Assembly: GCA_963514005.1 (NCBI GenBank)
Contig: OY740795.1
Coordinates: 868,001-932,000 of the forward strand
DNA length: 64,000 nt
DNA from: Raja brachyura
Taxonomy: Eukaryota
Reading direction: 5' to 3'
Shown: one piece after another, positions 51,621 through 62,967 of the stretch
Layout of the letters: each line of letters opens with the position of its first letter
Position numbering within the stretch: position 1 is the stretch's first letter
Notes under the pieces: model-generated
Database searches by the model: none
Told to the model about the DNA's origin: nothing
What the model saw: the letters and a program-made list of their open reading frames with translations, nothing else
Translations under genes and position numbers: made by a program

Positions 51621-53208
51621 TTACGTCATTCAGCCTATCAAGTCCACACCGCCATTCAATCATGGTCGATCTATCTCTCCCTCCTCAACTCATTCTCCCG
51701 TCTTATACGCATAACATCTGACTACTCTACCAATCGAGAAAAGTTACTGGAATATATAGAGAACTCGAGGAGAAGAGCGGCTCAGTGAGCATATCAACTA
51801 CAAGCATTGGCTGTCGAAATAAGATTGAATTCCAATAGGAATCATAGGAAGTTATCCATTCTCTCTCCGTTCAGAGTTTTGAACGTTCGCTTCCTCCTTT
51901 GTGAAACAAAATATTTATCTACCGACCTACAAAATCCAGGGATTAATTGCAGTGCTGACAGCAAAGAAGGGATTATCCGGTTGTTTTGATAGAAGCGGGT
52001 TTTAGAGGATTCGGTTCAATGATTGGACAAACCAAATGTAAATATCCCAAGCAATTTTAGTTTATTATAGTTACAGTAAGCACAGAATAAAATAATTAAT
52101 AAAGCAACATCCCTCACGACGTTCTGCACGTCCGACTTCACTCATGTGAGCGATGACTAGTTGCGAGCACTGTTAGGGATTCCACCACATGGGCAGTTCC
52201 TGCATGCGCTGGTTGGCTGGCAGATAGAAGATCCGGGCATCATTCAGGATCACAGTCGAAGGTGAACCCTCTCCCGTTGAACTCGCTGGCCACATGCACG
52301 TATACAACCAGTAAGCCCGTGCTTCTAATTTAAGCTGCAAATAAGCGGTGACTGTTTTTTTAAACAGGCTGCTTCTCCGATTATTATTAACAAAAATGTT
52401 GTATATTACATAATGCACCGAACTAGTCTCGGATACATATGAGAAAGAAAGGTTTATCTTATCTTCTCACCAGGTCTTACTGCAGCAGCGTGATCAGGGA
52501 CTTCGCGATTTAATGGATCGTCTGAGTGATCCTGAGCATCTTGCCAAGCTCCTACTTATTTTCCTCAGATCACCTGCATGCTTGACATATGCTGTTAGTG
52601 GAAGATAATTCTATTTTAGCTGCAAAAACCGGTTTAATCCTCACTTTAAACCGGTTTAACACCATTCCCATGCAGACTATCATGTAAAGCAAGAGCACCC
52701 CTCAAATGGTCGGACCTCCAATCATATAATATTTATTTGATTGATCGTTCAGCTCGAGGATGAAGATAGAGGCACACAGACTTCAACGGTACGGTCCACA
52801 TAATGTCTCCTATTGTACAAAGCACCGTGTTTTATACACATTTACGGCTAAGCGGCGCCTGTTACCTAAAAATGAAAACGAATACTTATTACTTAATGAC
52901 CAATGCAGAACGAGATAGCACGTCGGGAATTCCAGTAATGCCTTGAATGCATTTTTTTTACTAGCTTTCCAATATCTTGTCCGGGTTGGTGACGGGTGGC
53001 GCTCGTGCTTGAAACATCCCTTTATGGAAGTATAGATCAGACCGTGGTTAAATGGGGTGCAACGAGGAAATTATCAGCTAACTCCCATGAAAACGTGCTC
53101 TCTCGGCGTTCCATGGCCTCTTTTCGGCTGCTCTATTGAACAGTTATCCTTGCAACAATCCCATTTAGTCGGTGTTCGTAGATATTCCTATTCGGCCTGT
53201 AGAGTTAA

Positions 53209-54239
53209 TAGGTATGTTACAAAACTTACTTTGAGCAGCGCTGCAGTTCTGCCGCTCCCCGTGTGCGCGACTTTGGTGCCTTTCAGAGGGGGGCGGGCTT
53301 AAAGTGCCGTTTTTCCACAGGCAGGGAAAATCGATCAATGTCGGGCGATTTCGTTGCGGAAGAAAAATCGCTCCGACATTTCATCAATGAAGGTATTTTT
53401 AAATTACGCTAAATTATTTATTAGCTAGAGTAATTTAAAAATCACCTTCAAAAGCCGTGAGCACCGACAACCGGAAGGATTTTGCGTAGGGGAGAAAAAA
53501 AGGCACACAGTTTATTTTTATATTAAAAGTTGTTTTTTCGGGAGGCTTTAATAATATTTTCATGTTGCGAAATGGGGTCCAAAAAATGTATGAACAAACA
53601 GTATTTTTCCTCCCGACTTCACCGCTAACCGCAACGTTCTAATCCACCGCATTCCACTAAAACCCACTCGCGTTGATTTAAATGGCCATTAATTTACAGG
53701 CATAAAACACTAAATTCCTTCCATTTGGCTCAGAAATTCATGAAAATTAGATTTAAAAATTATGTTATATTGTGGATTATTGTGTGAATGTTATTTGGAC
53801 ACTTAGGCAATTTTAAAAAAGTTTATCTTTTCTTAAGAAATGGATAGATGTTTAGATCTACTCATTGAATTTTGTAATTAGCTACAATTAGATAACTAAC
53901 TAATTATATGCTTTAATTTCAGGTCATCCAAGTAAGATTGTTTCATATTTGTTTCAGAATGCTTCAATCTATAATAACTGAAAATGTCACTGAGTTCTCT
54001 TAATTTTTAAGAAAGTTATGGGCTTTTAACTGTTCCAGATCACAGCTTTTGAGTTAAGTCAATTGAAAGGCAATGGGGAACAAGATGCGAATTTCCGAGT
54101 ATGAAAATGGCCATAACGTTCTTAACACTGAAGATATGAAAGTGAATTAGGTGTCAAATTAAACTTATTTGTATGCTTTATCTGATGGGATAAATTGCAG
54201 ACTTGATTTTAAAAATCTCAAAATTTTGTAACATTGCTA
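53209..54239 (+). mobile_element. Non-autonomous hAT-like DNA transposon, copy 2 (1031 bp, uninterrupted)
   Basis: Same TIRs as copy 1. Direct repeat GAGTTAA at 53202-53208 and 54240-54246. Confidence 0.88.
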
Positions 54240-54279
54240 GAGTTAATGCAGCTTTCAGAACAACCGACATACTGCTCTG

Positions 54280-55146
54280 CAGTATGCAATTTTGGTCCCG
54301 TAATTTCAGGAAGGACATTCTTGCTATTGAGGGAGTGCGGCGTCGGTTTACAAGGTTAATTCCCGGGATGGCAGGACTGTCATATGCTGAGAGAATGGAG
54401 CAGCTGGGCTTGTACACTCTGGAGTTTAGAAGGATGAGAGGGGATCTCATTGAAACATATAAGATTGTTAAGGGTTTGGACACGCTGGAGGCAGGAAACA
54501 TGTTCCGGATGTTGGGGGAGTCCAGAACTAGGGGGGCACAGTTTAAGCAATTTAGAACGGAGACGAAAAAACACTTTTTCTCACAGAGAGTGGTGAGTCT
54601 GTGGAACTGTGCCTCAGAGGGCGGTGGTGGCCGGTTCTCCGGATGCTTTCAAGTGAGAGAACAAGGGGTCACAGTCTAAGAACAAGGGGGAATTCCTTTA
54701 GGACCGAAATGAGGAAAACATTCTTTACACAGAGAGTCGTGAGTCTCTGGAATTCTCTGCCACAGAAGGTAGTTGAGGCCAGTTCATTGGCTATATTTAA
54801 GAGGGCGTTAGATGTGGCACTTGTGGCTAAAGGGATCAGGGGGTATGGAGAGAAGGCAGGTACGGGATACTGAGTTGGATGATCAGCCATGATCACATTG
54901 AATGGCGGTGCAGGCTCGAAGGGCCGAATGGCCTCTACTCCTGCACCTATTTTCTATGTTTCTATGTTTCTATGTTTCTATGAGAGCTAACTATGGGTCT
55001 TAAAATAGCGGAGTCAGTGGGTATGGGGAGAAGGCAGGAACGGGGTACTGATTGGAGATGATCAGCCATGATCACATTGAATGGCGGCGCTGGCTCGAAG
55101 AGCCGAATGGCCTACTCCTGCACCGATTGTCTATTGTCTATTGTCT
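54280..55146 (+). mobile_element. CR1 3' fragment with a nested young CR1 piece (about 54660-54981)
   Basis: Two consecutive CR1 3' ends with different tails. The host resumes after (TTTCTATG)n. Confidence 0.85.
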
Positions 55147-55573
55147 ACAATCTACTTTGCTCACTGTCCATGAAATCCACCCAGATTCCGCTTCGATCCC
55201 AAAATTACATTGTTATTTTCAAAATGCACTTAACCATCACTTATCTGAAATTGGAATGTGCGGGTAATCGGTGGCACCTGTCCCACTTCGCCTCCCTTGC
55301 GTCATCTATTCTCAAGCTATTATGACATTGCACTATGCCAGATACTTGTGCACTTTGGGCCACCGGTTACCAAGACCATTGTCTTGAGTCTTTTAAGGAG
55401 ATAGGTCTTGCGACATTCCAGATGGATATTTGTTTATTAATCGAAAGTATTAGATAATCGTGTCTACATAATTCACTGGCATATGAATGAGCTTTTATCT
55501 TGCAGTACGTTTCTACAGTGGATGTCCCCGTATCCATCATTACGCACTCTATTTGAGACAGAATTGTAAGAAT

Positions 55574-56487
55574 TTACCTATAGTTGAACCTTTTTTTAAT
55601 TAGATTGAAGGGGTATTTAATAGCAAACGTTAACTGCCCCCTGAATCTAGTTTGCGTCGCTGCATATACGCAGGAGTTAATGCACGAACCGAGAAGCTCC
55701 AACATGTGTCCGCTTTCTTGCAGGATAAACCTTGGATCGTTGGAATTGATGCCGCTGGCATAACTGTTGCCTGTAATTTGCACGTACAGAAAATTCACAA
55801 GGTAGATCAACCGCAATAAGATAAAACATCCCGAGATCACCATGAGTAAAATGATAGACTTTTTTCTGCTCTCCATCTCCGGGTCACATTTACTTTCTCC
55901 GTTGCTCTGGCATCGGAGCCTTCTGCGGGATCGACTGGCTGCGAGAATGTGCCTGACTGTCAAAACATTGAGCAGCAAAATCAGTAGGAAGGGGACGCAT
56001 GGGTTCAAAACAGGGCGTTGCCAGTCATAGATTCTCCATACAACGGAAGTATAATAGCTACTTTTGATGACGCAGTACCAGGGTACATTATCAGTGACGT
56101 ACATTGGTTCCAGAGGAAAGAAAGAGGGAATGTTTTTCAAACAGACCAGCACGCCAACTGTCCCGATGACGACCGCCGCGGTTTTGTCTGTGCAATATCG
56201 CAGTCTCAATCGTTGGACGCAAATGGCGGTGAATCGGTCGAAGGCAAAAGCTACCGTTAACCAAACAGAAGTGTCTTTGGAAACCCAGCTGAGGACAAGA
56301 ATGAGTGTGCAGCCCGGTGTGGTCGAGAAGAAACTAACCGGGAAATAAATAGCCCGTAGGCGGCTTAATATCACGACGGTAACGATGACCAGGAAATCCG
56401 CCACCGCCATGAACACCAGGTAAAGGGTGATACACTTGGAGAGTCCGCACTTTCCCTTCGACAGAATCACAATCGTCACCAAGTTCG
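55574..56487 (-). CDS. GPR139/142-like GPCR gene 3, exon 2 (327 aa total)
   Basis: Acceptor ccacttgcAG, then (A)NLVTIVIL. Intact 7TM with MAVAD, FAFDRF, NSCVY, RFR. Confidence 0.92.
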
Positions 56488-56829
56488 CTGCAAGTGGGAG
56501 GCAGAGTAGTTAATAATGTAACTGTCCAATTGTGGCCAATTAATCAGGACATTGGTAGACAAATCATCACATTAACAGATTGCTTATAGATTTCGAATAA
56601 TCAATGTTAAATTCGTGATCCCAAATATACGTCCATTCTAGAATGAAAAATGTCACTTGCTTTGAATCATATGAAAATTTAGGTTAGAACAGAACAAAAA
56701 CACTTCGAGTTACAAGAAACTGCAGATGTTGGAACCTTCACGAATACACAGTCGGCTGTTCGGGCAGCATATCTGTGGGGAAATATACAGTTCAAGACTA
56801 AACCTTGAGAAGGCATTTTTCCGTTTTCA

Positions 56830-57090
56830 GGATACAGTGCGGAAACTGACCCTTCACCCACCAAGTCCGCGCCGACCAGCGATCGTTCTGTACTACCCAG
56901 GATGGATATTTGGTTTACGGAAGCCAATTAACCGACAAACCTGCACGTGGGAGGAAACGGGAGAAGCCCCAGGCGGTCACAGAGAAAATTTGCAAACTCC
57001 GTGCAGATGATATCCGTAGTCAGGATCAAACCATGGCCACTGGCGCTGTCAGGCAGCGACTCTACCGCTGAATCACTGTACCGCCCCCAC
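56830..57090 (-). mobile_element. tRNA-derived SINE (HE1-like); second partial copy at 57250-57440 next to (GTTTA)n
   Basis: Homologous to 22960-23262. Confidence 0.7.
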
Positions 57091-57928
57091 GACTTCAGAT
57101 TCTGACCCGCATCTGTGGAGGCAATGGATTGTCGACGTTTCTTATCAATTTTGTCTTGTTTAGTTCTGTTTAGTTCCGCTAGTTTAGTGCAGTTCAGTTT
57201 GATTTAGTTTAGTTTAGTTTAGTTTAGTTTCGTTTAGTTTAGTTTAGGTTAGAGATACAGTGTGGAAACAGGCCCTTCGGTCAACTGAGTCCGCTCCGAC
57301 CAGTGATCCCCGGACACAAACACTACCCTACACACACTAGGGAGAATTTATATTTATATCAAGCTAATTAGCATACAAACCTGTGTGCCTTTGGAGTGTG
57401 CGAGCAAATCGCAGCACCCCTGGAAAACCATGGCGGGAAAATGTACAATATAATACAATACAATCAGTTTTAATCGTCACATTGCACATAAAGTGCAAGT
57501 GAAACGAAATTGAAAACAAAACAGACAGCACAATTAGAATTAATTCGGAAACAACTGACGAAGCAAATCTGTAACGTCATTTTATAAAAGCACGACTGAC
57601 CAATTGGTCGCGGCGCATGGATGAAGCGGAGGACAGGGGTAAAAGCTGATGTGCTTAAAATATATGTAACTGATCCTCTCCGGTAACAACAACAAAAAGT
57701 AATTCAGCGGGTCAGGGAGCATCAGTGAAGGGAAGGGAGAATGGACAAGAGACGTTTACAGTCGGAACCCTCTTAAGAACGATTGTGGTAGCGGAGATAA
57801 AGCTGGAAAAAGGGTGAGGGCGCTGCAATATTTGGCGAATGATAGGTGGATACAGGTGAAGGGTGTGGAAATGGCAGATAGGTACAGAAGAGACAAACTC
57901 GAAAAGTGCATCTGCGACAAAACATTAC

Positions 57929-57998
57929 CTGGAACACCAAACACCGCAAGAATAGTATAATAAATAGCAAAGACCGGCCCGTTTCCAGGTGCGTGCAT
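57929..57998 (-). CDS. GPR139/142-like GPCR gene 3, exon 1
   Basis: MHAPGNGPVFAIYYTILAVFGVP plus G, then GTAATG donor; phase 1; paralogous to 40148-40217. Confidence 0.88.
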
Positions 57999-58060
57999 TT
58001 TCAGTGACGTCGATGACCTATTCAGATGCAGGTTCTGAACCAAGCGTGGCCACGGTTGCA

Positions 58061-58176
58061 GTTATACCCACCGTTAATCTCTGGAGCGCCAATTAGCTTG
58101 CGTCATCGCTGTTGTTACCTTAAATGTTCTGAACAAACAAATGAATGCAGTAATTTTCATGCAATTTTAATTAATC
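58061..58176 (-). promoter_or_regulatory. Proximal promoter of GPCR gene 3
   Basis: TATAAC on the minus strand. Read on the plus strand: CCAATTAG (58089-58096), TGAACAAACAA (58130-58140), AATTAATC (58169-58176), in the same order as gene 2. Confidence 0.55.
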
Positions 58177-58830
58177 GCATAGGAAGCATTGAAAGTGCTG
58201 ACGCCTGCTTGGGATCACATAGAAGTAATTACGTTTTGAAAAATAGACTGGAGGTGTCATGTGATTTAAGTCGATAATTTACTAAATCGTTACTTACGGT
58301 ATTGTTGGTTGGTTGGATGAACTATCAAAGCCCTTCGATTACGTCAAAGAACTTACACAAAATAAGGTCATGACGTTATAAGAACAGCAAGAAGGTTGGC
58401 AATACGTTGGCCGTAGGATAGCAAAAAGGTTTATGATTGCAGAGGTTTTGTAGTCGAGCAACGGGAATTTCAATCATACATTGCAATGGGAGGGAACGAT
58501 ACATTGCAATGGGAGTGCAGATAATAAATTTAAAATGGGTAGGCGACCTAAATTCTGGAACCTCTCCACTTTATATCGAAATGATTCCACCGAGGTAAGT
58601 GACTAAAACACAGTTTCTCCCTATTCCCGCCCCCACCGGCCCCACACGCACTAAAACACCATTTTAGACATACTAAAAACAAACAAAAATCGAAAAGACG
58701 AACAGCCGCTGGCGAGGCTGCCCGCTCGCGGCACCACGCGTCGTTCCAGACACGAACTAAAATACGGACTGAACCTCTGAGTGAAAAAGTGTCTGCTCAC
58801 ATCCGTCTTCACCATTTCCCCTCCGTACAC

Positions 58831-59261
58831 GGTACCCGGACGTGGCGCCGCCGACCGAGAAGCCGAAGCAAAGAAGTCGAAGCCAAAGAACCGAATGGAA
58901 AAGAGGCTGAAACGCCAAATAACCGAAGAAGTACGAAGCCGAAACGCCACCTACCCGAAAGGCGGCGTCGCCTGCAAGCCAACAAACGCAATGCCGCTCA
59001 ACAGAAAAGTCAATTCGCTCCGTTGGCTTGTAGGTGACAGAGCGGCCATTCGGTGAGTTTGCTTTTAAGGGACGCAGCTTTTCGGTTAGTTGGCTTTTAG
59101 GCGTCCCGCCGTTTCGGTTAGTTTGCATATAGGCATCCCATACTTTCGGTTAGTTGGCGTTTCGGCTTCCTACTCTTTCGATTATTTGACGTTTCGGCCT
59201 CGTTTCCATTCGGTTCTTTAGCTTCGACGTCTTTGCTTCGGTGTCTTCGTTGTCCGCACAC
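58831..59261. mobile_element. Foldback/MULE-like MITE
   Basis: About 100-bp inverted arms (58863-58961 vs 59143-59241) built from CCGAA sub-repeats. GTACAC repeated on both flanks; interrupts a decayed CR1. Confidence 0.7.
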
Positions 59262-59754
59262 GCTGTACACCTAAGTCCTCTGGCTTTGGAACCCTCTACA
59301 ATGCGAAAAAGATTGTGAGCGGTTTGATTTGTCCACGTCCCTCGTCAACTTGTGCAGGTCAATAATGTCCCCCACAAAGTTCTACACTCTAAGGCAACAG
59401 ATGCCAGTTTATGTAGCCCTCAACTCTTTACCACCAACCCCCATCCCCCTCCTTGTAATTCCAGTCAACAATCCCAAGCAACTAAGATAGACAAAAGTGG
59501 TGGAACACAGCGGGTCAGGTGATATATGGGGAAATACGATAGGTGATGTTTCCGGTCGGAACCATCTTCAGACATGTTAGCGGGGAGGAACTAGAACCAA
59601 GGTGTGTCGGGGCTACCTCCTGCATCCGGGAATATCTCATGGACATACTAACCTTACCACTAACTTCCACCCCGCCCAAAAGTGCACCCGCGCTATTTTC
59701 TAAACCTTTCTTCCCTTTCTTGATCTACCTGCCTCCATCACAGGAGACAGATTC

Positions 59755-61140
59755 TCTACTGAATTCTATGATACACATATCCACTCACAGAGATGCCAGC
59801 ACTACATTTCTTCCAACCCTGCCTCTTACAGCAATGCTAACCCCTTTTCTCAGTTCCTCCATCTCCGCCGCAACCTCTTCCAATATAAGGTTTTGCATAC
59901 AAGGATATTCGAGGTACCTTTATACACTAGTGAACGTGGTTTCACTCCATCTGTCATAGATGGTTCCTTCACGCGTGCCTCCTCTGTGCCTCTTCGTTAT
60001 AATCTCGTCGTTACGCCCCCCCCCCTCCCCCTCCGACCAGACGCAACAGCGACAGAATGTTGCTGGTAGTTAGTTTTCACACCGTGCCCAGCCAGCATCC
60101 GCATCCAACACATCATGCTCCGAAATGTACGTCACCTCCATCGTGCTCCGATCACTAATCACAGCGTCACGACCGCTGCCTCCGCAACCACTTGTTTAAT
60201 TCATCCAATCCCACACAAACCCGTTCCTCTCCAGGCACCTCCCCTCCTCCCGCAACCGCGGGAGATTTAACACCTGCCCTGATACCTCCTCCCTCGACTC
60301 CATCCAGGGACCTCGACAGTCCTTCGCGTTGAGACAGAGGTTCACAAGTAATTCCTCTAACATAATCTACTGCATCCGGTGTTCCAGATGTATGGTCCAT
60401 TACATCGACGAGACCAAGCGTTGGCACGCCACCGCTTCGGTAAACAATACGCAGGATCCACCAACGTCTACTGGATCTCTCAATTCCTAACCTTTTCAAC
60501 TGCACTTCCCTTCCTAAACTGACATTTTTGACCTGGGCCCACTCCATTGCCAAAGTGAGGGCACACGCAATATGGAGGAGCAGCACTTCATGTGTAGGAA
60601 GGAACTGCAGATTCTGGTTTAAACCGAAGATAGACACAACTTGCTGGAGTGACTTAGCAGCCAGGCTATATCTCTCGATATTCCTTCACTTCAGTGATGC
60701 TGCCTGTCCCGCTGAGTTACTCCAGCATTTTGGCACAGCAACGCCTCATACTTGGCTTGGGAAACTTACAACCCACTGCTACGAACGTTGAATTCTCTCA
60801 TTTTAGGTAGCATCCAAACATTCCCCTCCATCCTCCCTTTCCACCCTTTCCTCTATTAAAATTTGGTTAACCAATTTCACAGTTCGCAATTCCCCTCTTG
60901 GGATCACACCGTCCCCAGCCAGCAATTAGGCCATCGGAATCGCTCTGCGTGGTGTTATCTCTTGCCGACTTTGGTCTGTCCTGGTCTTTACTTGCATCCA
61001 CATTCTCGCCACTGCAAATAATATGCAGACGGGTCCTGACCCGAAACGTCACAAATGAAAATGTCACCAAGGATGCTGCCTGATTCCCTGACTCACATGT
61101 TGTATCTATCTTCGGTATAAACCAGCACCTGCTGTTCATT
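59755..61140 (+). mobile_element. Penelope-like element, degenerate
   Basis: Decayed RT thumb (PFSQFLHLRR) and GIY-YIG domain (NIIYCIRCSRCMVHYIDETKR); ends in a GACCCGAAACGTC repeat. Confidence 0.8.
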
Positions 61141-61984
61141 TAAATTATATTCCGATAGAACTTTATTTATCACAGGAGCGTACGTTGATCTGCCATCAGT
61201 CATAAAACACAAGATACATGAATCATGACGTTAAAGTGACGAGTGGAAAGTATTGGGAATGTGCCAAGGTTTGGAAAGGGAGGGGGGGGAGACAGTCTAC
61301 CCCACGACAGAAGGCCAAGGAGCTGTAACGTTTGATAGCCACAGGGAAGAAAGATACCATGTGGTGTTCTGTACTCTATTTCGGTGGAACCAGTCTGTGC
61401 CTCAGGTTGACAACTGTGTCATGTAGGGTGTGATCTACACTGTCCAAGATGTTCCACCAGTTTGAGGACCATGCTCCTCTCCAAGACCACCACCCATGAA
61501 TCAAACGTCACCCTCAGGAATGAGCCAGCCTTCCTCGTGAGTTTGTTAATCCTAAGAGATCTCAAGCGAGATTCTGAAGAATCTCCTTTACAGCATTTCC
61601 AACTTAATTATATCCTTCCTGTTTCAGGGCGACGAGGGATCGCGGACCTAAATTTTGTGATCTTCCCATTCAGTCATAGAAATTGGCTCTAAACCAATCG
61701 AGTCCACGCCCACCATTAAACAACCACATCCCCACTAACACTACATCGCCGTCCATGTCTATTATTTCCCTTTCCCCAGAATCGTGGTCTGAAGAACGCA
61801 TTCTGCGAGTAAATTAGGTAATGAATAAGATTTGGGACAAAAACACAAATTGCTGGAGAACATTGTAGATGAAAGACTGTCAGTAGCGACAAAGGGATAG
61901 TCGACGCCTTGTGTCGATATATAGACCCAGGACCTCTACAGTGAATTTTGAACCTGGTTCTCCCGTTCGTTTGCGTTTGTTCCC

Positions 61985-62220
61985 TCTTTCAGAATGGCAG
62001 GCCGTGGCGAGTGGAGTGCCGCAAGGCTCGGTGTTGCGGCCGCAACTGTTTCCCATATATATTAATGATTTGGAAGAGGGAATTAGGAGCAGCGATAGGA
62101 AGGCTGCGGATGACACAACGCCGGGTGGCAGTGTGAACTGTGAAGAGGATGTTAGGGGGATGCAGGGTGACCTGGACAGGTTGAGTGAGTGGGCAGATGC
62201 GTATTATGCAGTATAATATA
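61985..62220 (+). mobile_element. CR1 RT fragment
   Basis: SEWQAVASGVPQGSVL..ADDT. Confidence 0.85.
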
Positions 62221-62881
62221 GATAACCATATAACCATATAACCCTATAACAATTACAGAACGTAAACAGGCCTTCTCGGCCCTTCCAGTCCGTGCCGACC
62301 ATTTATTTTCCCCTAGTCCCATCTACCTGCACTCAGACCATACCCCTCCATTCCCTTCCCGTCCATATACCTATCCAATTTACTTTTAAATGTTAAAATC
62401 GATCCTGCCTCCACCACCTCTACTGGAAGATCATTCCACACAGCCACCACTCTCTGAGCAACGAAGTTCCCCCTCATGTTACCCCTAAACTTCTGTCCCT
62501 TAATTCTCATGTCATGCCCTCTTGTTTGAATCTTTCCTACCCTCAATGGGAAAAGCTTATCCACGTCAACTCTGTCTATCCCTTTCATCATTTTAAAGAC
62601 GTCAATCAAGCCCCCCCTTAACCTTCTGCACTCCAAAGAATAAAGACCTAACTTGTTCAACCTTTCTCTGTAACTTAGTTGCTGGAACCCGGGCAACATT
62701 CTAGTAAATCTTCTCTGTACTCTCTCTATTTTGTTGACATCCTTCGTATAATTAGGCGACCAAAATTGTACACCATACCCCAGAATGGGTCTTACTAATA
62801 CTTTGTCAAATTTTAACATTACTTCCCTACTCCTATATTCAATGCTCTGATTTATAAAGGCCAGCACACCAAAGGCTTTCT
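62221..62881 (-). mobile_element. CR1 3' fragment, (TATATGGT)n-tail family
   Basis: ORF 62313-62903. Confidence 0.9.
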
Positions 62882-62967
62882 GGTATATGGCCTCCACCTG
62901 CACCTATTTTACATGTTTCAATGGTTAATAAAATATGAATGAATCGCCTTCACGCATTATAGTATTC

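Noticed and set aside
59045-59165. Spaced TTCGGTTAGTT repeats resembling a CRISPR array
   Set aside because: Eukaryotic DNA; the units are too short and are sub-terminal repeats of the foldback MITE.
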